A stretch of DNA of 64,000 nucleotides from Sulfuritalea sp. (GTDB taxonomy: Bacteria > Pseudomonadota > Gammaproteobacteria > Burkholderiales > Rhodocyclaceae). Position numbers and translations under genes: made by a program. Shown here one piece after another: positions 44,835 through 54,249 of the stretch. The notes under the pieces were generated by a model. The model was not told the DNA's origin, did no database searches, and worked only from the letters and a program-made list of their open reading frames with translations. The DNA lies in contig JADJFK010000014.1 of NCBI GenBank assembly GCA_016708585.1, positions 53,600 through 117,599 on the forward strand, in the 5' to 3' direction. Position 1 is the stretch's first letter; each line of letters opens with the position of its first letter.

Positions 44835-46090
44835 GGCAGCACCCCCATGGATTGGTTCAAACGCGATATCGCAGCGGCGCGGGCCACGCGCTGGCGATCA
44901 GAAAAGGCATCGGCATCGAAGGCGGCAGAGCGAATGCGCAGCAAGGTCGTCAGATCGGATTCGCCTAGCACAAAGGCTTTCTCGGCAAGGCGCAGGTTCT
45001 CGGCGGAAAGCTGGCGGCGCTCCTGCGCCATGGCGAACTGGCGTTCGGCCGATTGCAGGTTGCGCTGCGCGCGCTCGGCGTCGAGCCGGACCCGGGTTTG
45101 GGTACGCAGCAAATCGGCATCTGACTGATTCGCCTCGGCCTGTGCCGCCGACGTTTCCCGACGTACTTGCGAACCGGACGAGAACGGGATCTTGAGTTTG
45201 ATGCCTACGTTGTTGGAATAGGAGTCGGCAAAGTCGTCCCGCCCGCGCACGACCCGCAGCGTCAGTTCCGGCGCGGCACGACGCGACTCATCCGCGACCT
45301 TGACGCGCGCACGGGCGCTGCGCGCGGCGGCGGCGGTAACAGCCAGCAGGGGATGAGATGGGGCTGAATCGCCGGTTTCATCCGTCAGTCGTCGCGTTTT
45401 CGGCGACTCTTCGTCCAGATCCTTCGGGGCAGGAGAACCAGTAAGGACTTGTACGGCCTGCTCGGCCTGGAGCAGGTTTGCTTCCGCTTCGATCAATTCG
45501 GCATTGGCGGCATGGGTCTCGGATTGCGCGAGGTTGGCATCGATGCGCGACAGTTCGCCAACCTTGTAGCGCCGCATGACGTCGGTTTCCAAAGCGCGGG
45601 CGGTTTCCAGGCGACGCGATGCCAGAACCTTGGCACTGCGGGCCGCGGCCAACGCCCACCATGCCTCCCGCAGTTCGCCGCTGACCTCCAGACGCACGGC
45701 AGTGCGCCTGGCAACGGCTTCGTCAATGCGACTGGTTGCCTCGGCTTCGCGCGCCGCTTTCTGGCCGGGCAGCCACAACGGAACCGCCAGTTCGACCTCG
45801 TATTCCTGCTCGCCCTTATTGCGGTTGAACCGGTCATTCAGGCTGCCGATACTGACCGAACCGGGCTCGGGCGTCAGTCCGGTCGCGACATCCTGCGCCG
45901 CGCGAGCTTCGGCCTCGCGGGCATCCAATCCGGCGGCTTGCGGGTTCAAGCGCCAAGCCTGTTCCACGGCTGTCGCCAGTCCGGATTTTGGCGTTTCTGC
46001 CGCCTGCACGGATAAACCGGCAAGCAGAACAGTGGCGCAAACTGCCGCTCGCCTCAGTTGGTGGAATTGATGAAACCTGTCAGGTTTCAT
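44831..46090 (-). CDS. Outer-membrane factor (TolC family), paralog 2
   Basis: The start was taken at MKPDRFHQFHQLRRAAVCATVLLAGLSVQA (46090). The ORF runs to 46210. Confidence 0.9.
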   Translation of the reverse strand: MKPDRFHQFHQLRRAAVCATVLLAGLSVQAAETPKSGLATAVEQAWRLNPQAAGLDAREAEARAAQDVATGLTPEPGSVSIGSLNDRFNRNKGEQEYEVELAVPLWLPGQKAAREAEATSRIDEAVARRTAVRLEVSGELREAWWALAAARSAKVLASRRLETARALETDVMRRYKVGELSRIDANLAQSETHAANAELIEAEANLLQAEQAVQVLTGSPAPKDLDEESPKTRRLTDETGDSAPSHPLLAVTAAAARSARARVKVADESRRAAPELTLRVVRGRDDFADSYSNNVGIKLKIPFSSGSQVRRETSAAQAEANQSDADLLRTQTRVRLDAERAQRNLQSAERQFAMAQERRQLSAENLRLAEKAFVLGESDLTTLLRIRSAAFDADAFSDRQRVARAAAISRLNQSMGVLP

Positions 46091-46232
46091 GACTGCCGGG
46101 AAGAAAGAAGCAGGTATAGGCGACGGCCCGCGACTTCCTGACGATTTCGAGTATGAGTTTCCACAGCGTTCGCTCCTGTTCGACGATGAGTGAATTCTGC
46201 GCAACTCCACCTAACGGCATGCTGACCTTCAG

Positions 46233-46248
46233 ATTACATTTCGGTAAT
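46233..46248. promoter_or_regulatory. Candidate autoregulatory operator of the heavy-metal two-component system
   Basis: ATTACATTTCGGTAAT is a near-perfect inverted repeat, 62 nt upstream of the regulator ATG and about 25 nt upstream of a CAGAAT -10-like hexamer. Confidence 0.45.
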
Positions 46249-46309
46249 CTTGGAAGATTGCCTAAGTTGCCGGCGCAGAATGGCGCAAATCGCAACACGG
46301 GAGATGCAC

Positions 46310-46987
46310 ATGAAAATTCTGGTGGTCGAAGACGAAATCAAAACCGGGGATTACCTGCGACAAGGCCTGACCGAGGCCGGGTTCGTTGTCGACCTGGCGC
46401 GTGATGGCCTTGATGGGTTGCATCTCGCTCAGACCGATGCCTATGACCTGGCGATACTGGATGTCATGCTGCCCGGTATCGACGGCTGGGCGGTGCTACA
46501 GGGCATTCGCAGGGCCGGCAAGGACATGCCGGTATTGTTCCTGACGGCCCGCGATCAGGTACAGGATCGTGTGCACGGCCTGGAGTTAGGGGCGGACGAT
46601 TACATGGTGAAGCCCTTCGCTTTCGCCGAACTGTTGGCGCGCGTGCGTATCCATCTGCGGCGCGGCAGCAAGGCGAAGGAGTCCGAGTATCTGCGCGCAG
46701 CCGATCTGGAACTCGACCTGATGCGGCGGCGCGTCACCCGCGCCGGCAGGCGAATCGACCTGACGGTGAAGGAGTTCGCTCTGCTCGAATTGCTGTTGCG
46801 ACGGCAGGGCGAAGTGCTGCCGCGCTCGCTGATCGCCTCTCAGGTCTGGGACATGAACTTCGATAGTGACACCAACGTTATCGAGGTGGCGATCAAGCGT
46901 TTGCGGCTCAAGATCGACGAAGACTTCGAACTCAAGCTGATCCGCACCGTTCGTGGAATGGGGTATGTGTTGGAGATCGCCGAGTGA
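46310..46987 (+). CDS. Heavy-metal response regulator (CusR/CopR/CzcR, OmpR family)
   Basis: [25 protein letters not shown]...[15 protein letters not shown]...winged-helix C-terminus [11 protein letters not shown]. Confidence 0.9.
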   Translation: MKILVVEDEIKTGDYLRQGLTEAGFVVDLARDGLDGLHLAQTDAYDLAILDVMLPGIDGWAVLQGIRRAGKDMPVLFLTARDQVQDRVHGLELGADDYMVKPFAFAELLARVRIHLRRGSKAKESEYLRAADLELDLMRRRVTRAGRRIDLTVKEFALLELLLRRQGEVLPRSLIASQVWDMNFDSDTNVIEVAIKRLRLKIDEDFELKLIRTVRGMGYVLEIAE

Positions 46988-48372
46988 AATCAGCCGGACG
47001 CAAATCCATCGTTTTCCGCCTGACGCTGCTATTCGCTTCGGCATCGACCGCCGTCCTGCTTGTGCTTGGGCTTTTGATCGGCAATTCAGTCGAGCACCAT
47101 TTCGAAGTGCAGGACATGGAGGTACTGACCGGCAAACTGGAACTGACCCGGCACGCGCTGGAAAAGGTTCGTTCGCAAAGCGACCTAGATGCTTTGCCTC
47201 AGCAACTGGATGACTCCCTGGTGGGGCATCATGGCTTGGCGGTCATTGTGGTTGCGCCTTCAGGACAAACCCTGTTTGTTACCAGTGGTGCCGAGTTTCC
47301 ACAGGTCTTGCTTGCGCGAAGCGCTGATATGACCAACTCGCGTCCGATCATCTGGAAATCGAAGGATCGCATACCGCTGCGCGGGATTTCGGCGATGGTC
47401 AATACCGGCATCGAGGGGGCGAAACCTGCCATTGTTGCCGTAGCGACGGACATATCCATGCACGAACACTTCATGAGTTCGTTTCGATTCACATTATGGT
47501 CTGTCGTGATTCTGGCTGCACTCATCACCGGATTTCTCGGCTGGATGGCTGTCAGACGCGGGTTGGCGCCATTGCACGCGATCAAGCTGGAGGCAGCGGC
47601 CATTACAGCGGATCGCCTGTACTCCAGGTTGCCTACCGAATCGATCCCGATCGAACTGGTGGATCTTGCCGAGACTCTGAACCAGATGCTGGCCCGTCTG
47701 GAGGATTCTTTCCGGCGGTTGTCGGATTTCTCCTCGGATATTGCCCACGAACTGCGAACGCCGGTCAGCAATCTGCTGACGCAGACCCAAGTCATGCTTT
47801 TGCGTGCCAGGACGATTGACGAATATCAGGATGTACTTGCGTCAAACGCGGAGGAACTGGAGCGCATGGCGAAAATGATCGCCGACATGCTGTTCCTCGC
47901 CAAGGCCGACAATGACCTCGTGGTACCAAATTTCGAGGCCGTTGATCTTCGGGCAGAGGTGGAAGGACTGGCCTCTTTCTACGAGGCTGTCGCCGAGGAA
48001 AACAGCGTTACTCTGACTGTAGACGGGAGCGCCACTGTAACCGGAGACCGGTTGATGTTGCGTAGAGCCATCGGCAACTTGCTGTCGAATGCCTTTGGGC
48101 ATACCCCCCGAGGAGGTTACGTAAGAATTCAGATCGGCAAGAATGAAGACCGAATGGCAACGATCCAGGTTGAAAACTCCGGCGAGACGATCTCGCCAGA
48201 ACATCTGCCGCGTCTCTTTGACCGTTTCTACCGGGCAGACCCCTCAAGGAAACGTCTTGCCGACGGAGTTGGTCTGGGGCTGGCGATCACACGCTCGATC
48301 ATTCAAGCGCATGGAGGATCCGTATCAGTTCAGTCGGCCGACGGGGTCACCATATTTAAGCTGCAAATGTAG
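46984..48372 (+). CDS. Heavy-metal sensor histidine kinase (CusS/CopS/CzcS family)
   Basis: Overlaps the regulator stop. Two TM segments, HAMP, H-box [13 protein letters not shown] and G boxes. Confidence 0.9.
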   Translation: MKSAGRKSIVFRLTLLFASASTAVLLVLGLLIGNSVEHHFEVQDMEVLTGKLELTRHALEKVRSQSDLDALPQQLDDSLVGHHGLAVIVVAPSGQTLFVTSGAEFPQVLLARSADMTNSRPIIWKSKDRIPLRGISAMVNTGIEGAKPAIVAVATDISMHEHFMSSFRFTLWSVVILAALITGFLGWMAVRRGLAPLHAIKLEAAAITADRLYSRLPTESIPIELVDLAETLNQMLARLEDSFRRLSDFSSDIAHELRTPVSNLLTQTQVMLLRARTIDEYQDVLASNAEELERMAKMIADMLFLAKADNDLVVPNFEAVDLRAEVEGLASFYEAVAEENSVTLTVDGSATVTGDRLMLRRAIGNLLSNAFGHTPRGGYVRIQIGKNEDRMATIQVENSGETISPEHLPRLFDRFYRADPSRKRLADGVGLGLAITRSIIQAHGGSVSVQSADGVTIFKLQM

Positions 48373-48572
48373 CCAAAACCGCCTTTGATACAGACTTCTG
48401 GGTTATGGCCGGTGTGTCGACCGCATACCGGGCGTTTGTGCAGTTGGGGAGGCGTTGTTTACCCCTGGGCTTTGTTCGGGGGAGGGGTGCTGCGGCGTTC
48501 GGGGCCGGGTGTTCGCCAAGGGGGGCGCGGCGAGCACGTTCCCCTGGGCCGGGGGGGGCCCGGGGGACAGCG

Positions 48573-48866
48573 TTAGTCCCGCCGGCCGTTGATCAGGGAA
48601 TTCAGACGCGCGACCTCGTCACTCTGCGTCGTGATTTTCCGTCCATCACTGGTCTCTACCACGGTGTCCGGAGTCGTTCGAGTCGCACGACCGTACCGGT
48701 CCTCAATCGCCATTTTCCCATCATTGAAGATGTGAAGGGTTACCCCGTTTTTCAGATCGACAACCTGTTTCGCTTCGGCACGGGCAGCATCATCGGCAAA
48801 CGCGGTTGTCGCACCTGAGGTGCTCAAGACCGCAATCAGGGCCAGTTTGGCAAGCTTGGTTTTCAT
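48573..48866 (-). CDS. CopK-fold paralog lacking the Cu(I) Met ligands
   Basis: KQVVDLKNGVTLHIFNDGKMAIEDRYGRATRTTPDTVVETSDGRKITTQSDEVARL aligns with CopK, but with M28I, M38T, M44V and M54T, and no His70 equivalent. Confidence 0.7.
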   Translation of the reverse strand: MKTKLAKLALIAVLSTSGATTAFADDAARAEAKQVVDLKNGVTLHIFNDGKMAIEDRYGRATRTTPDTVVETSDGRKITTQSDEVARLNSLINGRRD

Positions 48867-49083
48867 GGTTTACTCCTTGTGAGATGGGTTGATTCCATCG
48901 GGCATATCTCGTCCGACGGTGATGCCATCTTAGGAGACGCATACCAACAGGGAGGTGACCAGGAAATCACGTTTCAGTCAGCATTCGTTTGGCTATGAGG
49001 TTTTGTTGAGGTGGCTGAATGAATCGCCGTTGAATGACAGCATACCGACCTCATTGCTGACAGATTGGGATCGCAGGTTCAAG
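48829..49083. repeat. Copy B of the ~255-bp inverted duplication
   Basis: See 3231..3485. It drives the CopK-like gene instead of the czcE-like gene. Confidence 0.8.
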
Positions 49084-49439
49084 GTCAGCTCCGGCCGAGC
49101 TGCAGCCGGCGCCCAGGTCACAGTGTCCGTCAGCTTGCGGATCAGGAAGCCGCCAAAGAGTCAAAACATCATCAGGCAGCAATGGGTCGTTATGCAAAGC
49201 GACCCTTATGGAAAGCTTTGCATAAGGGTCGGTGGCAGCCGGTGGCCCAAAAAATGTGAACGACTGCTTCCCGTCTGACCCGGCCGGTGATGCTCGGCCT
49301 CGGCGGTTTCCCATCGAGCTGGTCGCTCCAGGACCACAAGCGGCCACTGAGTTTTCGTGGCTTGCTGTCGGCAACCGCCCCATCTCCAGCCGAATGACCG
49401 GTTACGGTTGATCGCCCGAGGTCGGCAGGCCGCAGCTCG

Positions 49440-49907
49440 TGCCGCATAGCTACCCAGGCGATGGCGAACGGTCTGAAGCAGCGCTTCCCGTTCGTTGAGG
49501 CAATCGTGCGGGGCACGAGCACGCTGGACTTGGCCTGGACCGGCGCTGGCGAGCCAACCGCTGGGGAAATGGAAGCACGCTGCGATCTCCCACGTGTCGG
49601 CGACCTCGCCGAGTTGGGCGAGAACACCGGCAATCACCGGCAGCGGTTGCAACGCTTCGCTGAACTGGTGGGCAGGGAAATACTCTCTCCCGTCCTAGCT
49701 TACGGCGTAGATCTTGCCTGCCTTGAAAGGGGAAACTGCGGAGAGCATGCTGCGTGCGCATCGATCGATGCTGTCGTGAAAGCCGGGATGTGCCGTGCAA
49801 TGGAGGAAACCGGTCATGGTTCTCATCATCTGAAGTGTCAGCCATGGCTGTTGGGCAAGGCAATGTGACTGGCAATTGGTCATGTCCTCGCCCAGTCGGG
49901 GCATCAT
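49440..49907 (-). pseudogene. Unidentified ORF interrupted by a single in-frame TAG
   Basis: ORFs 49695..(49907) and 49206..49652 are in the same frame and are separated only by the TAG at 49695-49697. GC3 is high on both sides. No family recognised. Confidence 0.3.
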
Positions 49908-49949
49908 CCACTCATGGTTTTCCGCATTCGAGAAGGTAGAATCACCGCC

Positions 49950-50261
49950 ATGATACGCTCTGACCTCATCACCGTTCTCGCTTCGCGCTTCCCCAGTCTT
50001 GTGGCGAAGGATGCCGAAATCGCGGTTAAAGAGATCCTCGACGCCATCGGGATTGCTCTGGCACAAGGTGATCGCGTCGAAATCCGTGGTTTCGGAAGCT
50101 TCCGTTTGAACTACCGCCCGGCACGAACAGGGCGCAACCCGAAAAGCGGAGAGCCCGTGTCGGTTGCCGAGAAATATGTGCCGCACTTCCAGGCCGGCAA
50201 GGAAATGCGCGAACGCGTTGAACAGTCGGTCAAGCCCGCGCCACTCCAGCGGGCTGCCTGA
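49950..50261 (+). CDS. ihfB: Integration host factor beta-like (HU/IHF family) protein
   Basis: [87 protein letters not shown]. Confidence 0.8.
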   Translation: MIRSDLITVLASRFPSLVAKDAEIAVKEILDAIGIALAQGDRVEIRGFGSFRLNYRPARTGRNPKSGEPVSVAEKYVPHFQAGKEMRERVEQSVKPAPLQRAA

Positions 50262-50408
50262 TGCGCGTCCAGCGGTTGTTTGCGCTGATCGTGTTGAGCG
50301 GAGGCCTGGCTTTCCAGTGACGGCCAAGCGCCGATCGCCATGCCACCGGCGCGGCCTGTTTTCGCAAAACGTGGCCATCGCTGTCGCCGCCGACTTTGAG
50401 CGTGTTGC

Positions 50409-51032
50409 TCATGGCCGTCCGCCGATGATGACTTTTCGCGGGACATATCCGGAGGTATTCCACGCAACCGTTGCCGCCGGCGTTTGCGCCGGCGTCGCGG
50501 TGACCTTCGTTGCCGCCTTCGTCGTCTGCGCCGAGCTAGGCTGCACCGTTGCCAGCGCCACAGGCATCGACGAGGGCAGGGCCCCCACTTTCGTCACGTC
50601 CACCGTGACAAAGCGGGCCTCCAGCCAATCCGCCCACCTTCCGGCCTTGACGAGCAGATCCGCCCGGTACACCGCGTTGTACTGCGGCGTCCGAGAGTGA
50701 TAGTTGGCGGCCCGCGTCCAGAGGTCGCCCCTGTCCTTCTTGATGTGCTGCCGCAGCCGCCAGGCAGCGAGGTCGAAGGCATAGCAGCCGGCCGCCGCTA
50801 CGTCATCGGGCGTGATGCCGTAGCCGGCCAGGTCGCGCAGGTACGCCGTGTTGAACTGCATCGGCCCCACGTCGTGCGTGCCGTTGGTGTTGCGCACCCA
50901 CTGGCCCGGCTTGCCGGCTTCCTTTTCCGCCACCGCAAGCACGATGTTCGCGGGAACCTGGTACTTCACGGCGGCCGCGATCGAGCAGACGACGCGTTCC
51001 TGAAGCTGGGGCGGAAGATCGGCAACAGGCAT
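50409..51032 (-). CDS. trbN: TrbN lytic transglycosylase (IncP Tra2)
   Basis: The SLT-like core is AVAEKEAGKPGQWVRNTNGTHDVGPMQFNT. Position in the operon follows trbM. Confidence 0.8.
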   Translation of the reverse strand: MPVADLPPQLQERVVCSIAAAVKYQVPANIVLAVAEKEAGKPGQWVRNTNGTHDVGPMQFNTAYLRDLAGYGITPDDVAAAGCYAFDLAAWRLRQHIKKDRGDLWTRAANYHSRTPQYNAVYRADLLVKAGRWADWLEARFVTVDVTKVGALPSSMPVALATVQPSSAQTTKAATKVTATPAQTPAATVAWNTSGYVPRKVIIGGRP

Positions 51033-51050
51033 GAGCTTTCTGCTTTCCTC

Positions 51051-51635
51051 CTACCGATACCACTCGTCATTCCTGCGCCGGCTATCTTCGGCAGCAATCC
51101 GATCGTTGTACCGAGCCACGGCAGCGTTATAGTCGCGCGCATCGACCCAATAGCCGCCTCTTTCCGGCGTCCCGACATAGCGGGGAGCCAGGTCGCCGAG
51201 GTCGGTGTACTGGTGCCCGGTGTAGGCCGCGCAATAGCCCGGCATCTGGTTGTTGATCAACACCCTGCCACCGTCAGCGTCCCAGCTGTTCCACACGAGA
51301 AGCGTCACATTCAGTGAAGCCGCGTCGCAGCGGCCCGCGCCGTTCGCCATGGCGTTCACCAGCGAGCGCATTTCCGGAGTCTGATCCGACACCGGGCACA
51401 GGCTCAGGAAGTTGGCGCGTGCTCGCACGGTGTCCGACCACTTCCGCTTGTTGATACCGAAATAGCGCGAGAGCGACGGCGCGCACTCGCCCGGCCGGGT
51501 GCCTGTCGCCAGGCATAGGGTGGCCTCGCACGCCAGGCGGGTATCGCCGGTCAGTACCTCCTGGGCACCGGCGGGGGCCGCGGTTACGGCGGCGATCGCC
51601 AGGGCGAACGGAGCGAAAACGCAGTGGTTTTTCAT
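51051..51635 (-). CDS. trbM: TrbM
   Basis: ATG 51635 after AAGGAG. Signal peptide. LTGDTRLACEATLCLATGTRPGECAPSLSRYFGI is typical of TrbM. Confidence 0.75.
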   Translation of the reverse strand: MKNHCVFAPFALAIAAVTAAPAGAQEVLTGDTRLACEATLCLATGTRPGECAPSLSRYFGINKRKWSDTVRARANFLSLCPVSDQTPEMRSLVNAMANGAGRCDAASLNVTLLVWNSWDADGGRVLINNQMPGYCAAYTGHQYTDLGDLAPRYVGTPERGGYWVDARDYNAAVARYNDRIAAEDSRRRNDEWYR

Positions 51636-51649
51636 CGGGGAGGCTCCTT

Positions 51650-53191
51650 TCAAGAAGATCGGGCGGCGCGGTCACGGAATGCGGCGATTTCCGATTCTGC
51701 GTCCACCGATTGGTCGTCTGCCTTTGCCAGGCTGTCGCTGCCGAATACGGGCTTCTGATCGCCCCTGGCCTTGATGGCCGCAGCGATCTTGCCGCCCGTC
51801 GTCTCGCCGATGCGATCCATCGCGGCATCCCCCATTTCGCCGGCTTTGGCCTTTGCCACGTCCCAGGTGCCTTGCGCCAGATTCGCCGCGGTACCTGCCG
51901 CGACCTTGCCGACCTTGGCCACTACCGAAGCTCTGCCGCCTGACTGCACTTCACCCGACGTTCCACCCCGCTTGGCGCTTGCCTGCCTGGCGTCCGATCT
52001 GCCGGAATGTGAACTGCTGCCACCAGACGACCCGCCGCTGGCTGAACTGCTGTCCATCGCCGCCGCCAACGGGCTTGCGTCGCCACCCGCCGACGATCGG
52101 CGACCGTCCGACGAACTGCCGCCAGCCAGGTTGGCAAGCATGTCGCTACCACCGGCCACGTCCTGCGACGCCTTGGAGAACGCTGCCATCAAGGCTTGCG
52201 CGCCACCGGCCATGCCTGTTGCACCTGCGGCAATGGCTGCGCCGGCGACACCAACGGCCGCACTGGCCATGCCGACCGCCGCCATCGCCGCGCCCGTACC
52301 GAGGCCGCTGCCCATGGTGTGCACGCTGCCACCCATCGCCAGGCCGCCGATCAACGAGGGCAGCTTGGTGACGAGGGCAAACAGCACCACTGCGACGATC
52401 ATCATCACGCCCAACTCCTTCAGGCTGATGCCCGCGCTCATTCCGGCGTAGTACTGGTCGACGAAGGATTTGCCGATGCCGACCAGCAGGACCATGGTAA
52501 AGAGCTGCGCGGCAATGTTCAGAACGGTCTTGTAGTAGCCGATGGCCATGTCGGACGTCCAGCGCGATCCACCGAAGCCAAGGAAGAACACGCCGGCGTA
52601 AGACAGGATCCAGCCGCTCACCAGGAGCACCAGCATGTTCACGCCGATCAACGCCAGGATGATGAGGATAGCGGCGCTGATGAGGATGCCGACCGCACTG
52701 TCGACGGGCGACCACAGCGACGACTGGTCGAGCACCTTGAAGAAGATGTCGAAGCCAATATCGACAATGCCCGACGGGGTCAGCGTGGCGCCCGCCCCGG
52801 TGGCCATGCCGCCGAGGGTGCGCAGGGAATCCATGATGTCGGTGGCGAAGCGCGGGCCGTTGGTGAGCAGCCACCAGAAGAAACCCGTGAACACCGTGAA
52901 CCGAAAGAACTCGGCATAGAAGTCGCCGAGGTCGGCCTTGCGCAAGGCCAGCATGCCGAAGGTCCAGACCATCGAGATCACGGCAAGCGTCCAGAACAGA
53001 AAGCTGGCTCGCGCCGTGATGACACCTGCCCAGGCGCTGGCCGCGGCCGCATAGCGCGCCAGGACGTTATCGAGGATGCCCGCATTGTCGATCGCTGCCT
53101 GGGCGTCGATGGAGAAGAGCACCAGCCACAACAGCGTCGGAACGATGGCAACCTTACCGACGGCGGCCATGCTCATCGGCGAGCTCACCAT
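51650..53191 (-). CDS. trbL: TrbL (VirB6-like) with Gly/Ser/Ala-rich C-terminal extension
   Basis: Multi-TM core, then a low-complexity tail. The start is uncertain among 53236, 53191 and 53176. Confidence 0.85.
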   Translation of the reverse strand: MVSSPMSMAAVGKVAIVPTLLWLVLFSIDAQAAIDNAGILDNVLARYAAAASAWAGVITARASFLFWTLAVISMVWTFGMLALRKADLGDFYAEFFRFTVFTGFFWWLLTNGPRFATDIMDSLRTLGGMATGAGATLTPSGIVDIGFDIFFKVLDQSSLWSPVDSAVGILISAAILIILALIGVNMLVLLVSGWILSYAGVFFLGFGGSRWTSDMAIGYYKTVLNIAAQLFTMVLLVGIGKSFVDQYYAGMSAGISLKELGVMMIVAVVLFALVTKLPSLIGGLAMGGSVHTMGSGLGTGAAMAAVGMASAAVGVAGAAIAAGATGMAGGAQALMAAFSKASQDVAGGSDMLANLAGGSSSDGRRSSAGGDASPLAAAMDSSSASGGSSGGSSSHSGRSDARQASAKRGGTSGEVQSGGRASVVAKVGKVAAGTAANLAQGTWDVAKAKAGEMGDAAMDRIGETTGGKIAAAIKARGDQKPVFGSDSLAKADDQSVDAESEIAAFRDRAARSS

Positions 53192-53412
53192 TCTTTCTTT
53201 GGACTCGGTTGGAATCCGGGGCCGCGACGCAGACACGCCGAGGCGAACTGCTCGCGCGCGCCTTTGTCCTCGACCTGGGCGATTCTTTCCGGCTTGCAGT
53301 TTTCGTCATTCACGGCCGGCATCTCCTGCTTGGGAGGCTCCGGCGAGCAGGCGCTGATCAAGGTGGCGACGAGGGCGGCGAGGGTCAGAAGGGCAGGGCG
53401 GCTGGTGGTCAT
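53185..53412 (-). CDS. trbK: TrbK-like entry-exclusion lipoprotein
   Basis: Lipobox LISAC. ENCKPERIAQVEDKGAREQFASACLRRG resembles TrbK-alt proteins. Confidence 0.6.
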   Translation of the reverse strand: MTTSRPALLTLAALVATLISACSPEPPKQEMPAVNDENCKPERIAQVEDKGAREQFASACLRRGPGFQPSPKKEW

Positions 53413-53427
53413 GTCTGTTCCTTTCGT

Positions 53428-54237
53428 TTACCAGTTGCGGACCGGGCTGGCGACGTAGCGCCCCTGACGCAGTTGCTCGCCGGCAGCGGCTTGTTGTGCT
53501 TCCCGATCGGCAAGCACCTGATTGCGGGTGGCGATGGCGTTTTGCTCGGCTACCAGCAGGGCGCGAATCTGCAGTAGTTGGTTGGCCTGCTGGCTGGCCA
53601 GCTGGTTCGCGTAGCTGATCGCCTGCATCTGGCCGGTCGCGCTCTGCGCACTCGCCTGGAGGCGCTGCAATGTCCTGGCGTCCGCTTCCAGAGCAGCCTG
53701 TTGCTGGTCCAGACCCCTGAACAGCGCATCGGTGGCTCTCTTCTGTGCTTCGGAGCCGAAGCGCTGGTTCTCCTTGATCGCGGCCCACTCCGCGTCGGTG
53801 CAACCGCCCTGCCTGAAGCAGGGCGAGCCGCGGTAATAGGACGCGTCCTGGAACTTGCCGAGGTAGGCGTCGATGCTCCCCAGGTTGGTCTTGTAGTAAT
53901 TCAGCGTGTCGATCGCACTGCGCAGCTGGTTCATCGTGCCGGTGGCCGAGTCCCAGATGTAGGCTGCCGGCGCCAGCGTGTTCTGCAGCATGTTTTCGTA
54001 CTGCTGCAGTTGCGTCTGGTACTGCTGAATCTGCTTCAGCGTCTGGGCGACCGCTTCGATCGAACTGATCACGGTCTGCGAGAGGTTCGCGGTGTCGATG
54101 ACCGGGATACCTGCTGCATGCGTCGGCGTCGTCATTGCCGGGCCGGCGAACAGTGCCAGAAGCAGGGCCCGAAGCAGGGTGCCTGTGGCAGTTACCTTCA
54201 TGGCGGTGGGTTTGCGGGTCAAGACTTTCATGCTCAC
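53428..54237 (-). CDS. trbJ: TrbJ (VirB5-like)
   Basis: Signal peptide. GIPVIDTANLSQTVISSIEAVAQTLKQIQQYQTQLQQYENMLQN. Confidence 0.85.
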   Translation of the reverse strand: MSMKVLTRKPTAMKVTATGTLLRALLLALFAGPAMTTPTHAAGIPVIDTANLSQTVISSIEAVAQTLKQIQQYQTQLQQYENMLQNTLAPAAYIWDSATGTMNQLRSAIDTLNYYKTNLGSIDAYLGKFQDASYYRGSPCFRQGGCTDAEWAAIKENQRFGSEAQKRATDALFRGLDQQQAALEADARTLQRLQASAQSATGQMQAISYANQLASQQANQLLQIRALLVAEQNAIATRNQVLADREAQQAAAGEQLRQGRYVASPVRNW

Positions 54238-54249
54238 TGCTCCTTGGCG

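Noticed and set aside
3231-49083. Idea that the ~255-bp inverted copies are terminal inverted repeats of one giant transposon
   Set aside because: The repeats consist of a promoter, an SD and signal-peptide codons that drive different genes. No transposase reads from them, and no target duplication is visible. They are better explained as a promoter and 5'-gene duplication, and are still reported as a potential inversion substrate.
49461-49868. 135-aa plus-strand ORF in the junction region
   Set aside because: The opposite strand shows the better coding signal, with high GC3 and an open frame except for one TAG. No motifs were recognised on the plus strand.
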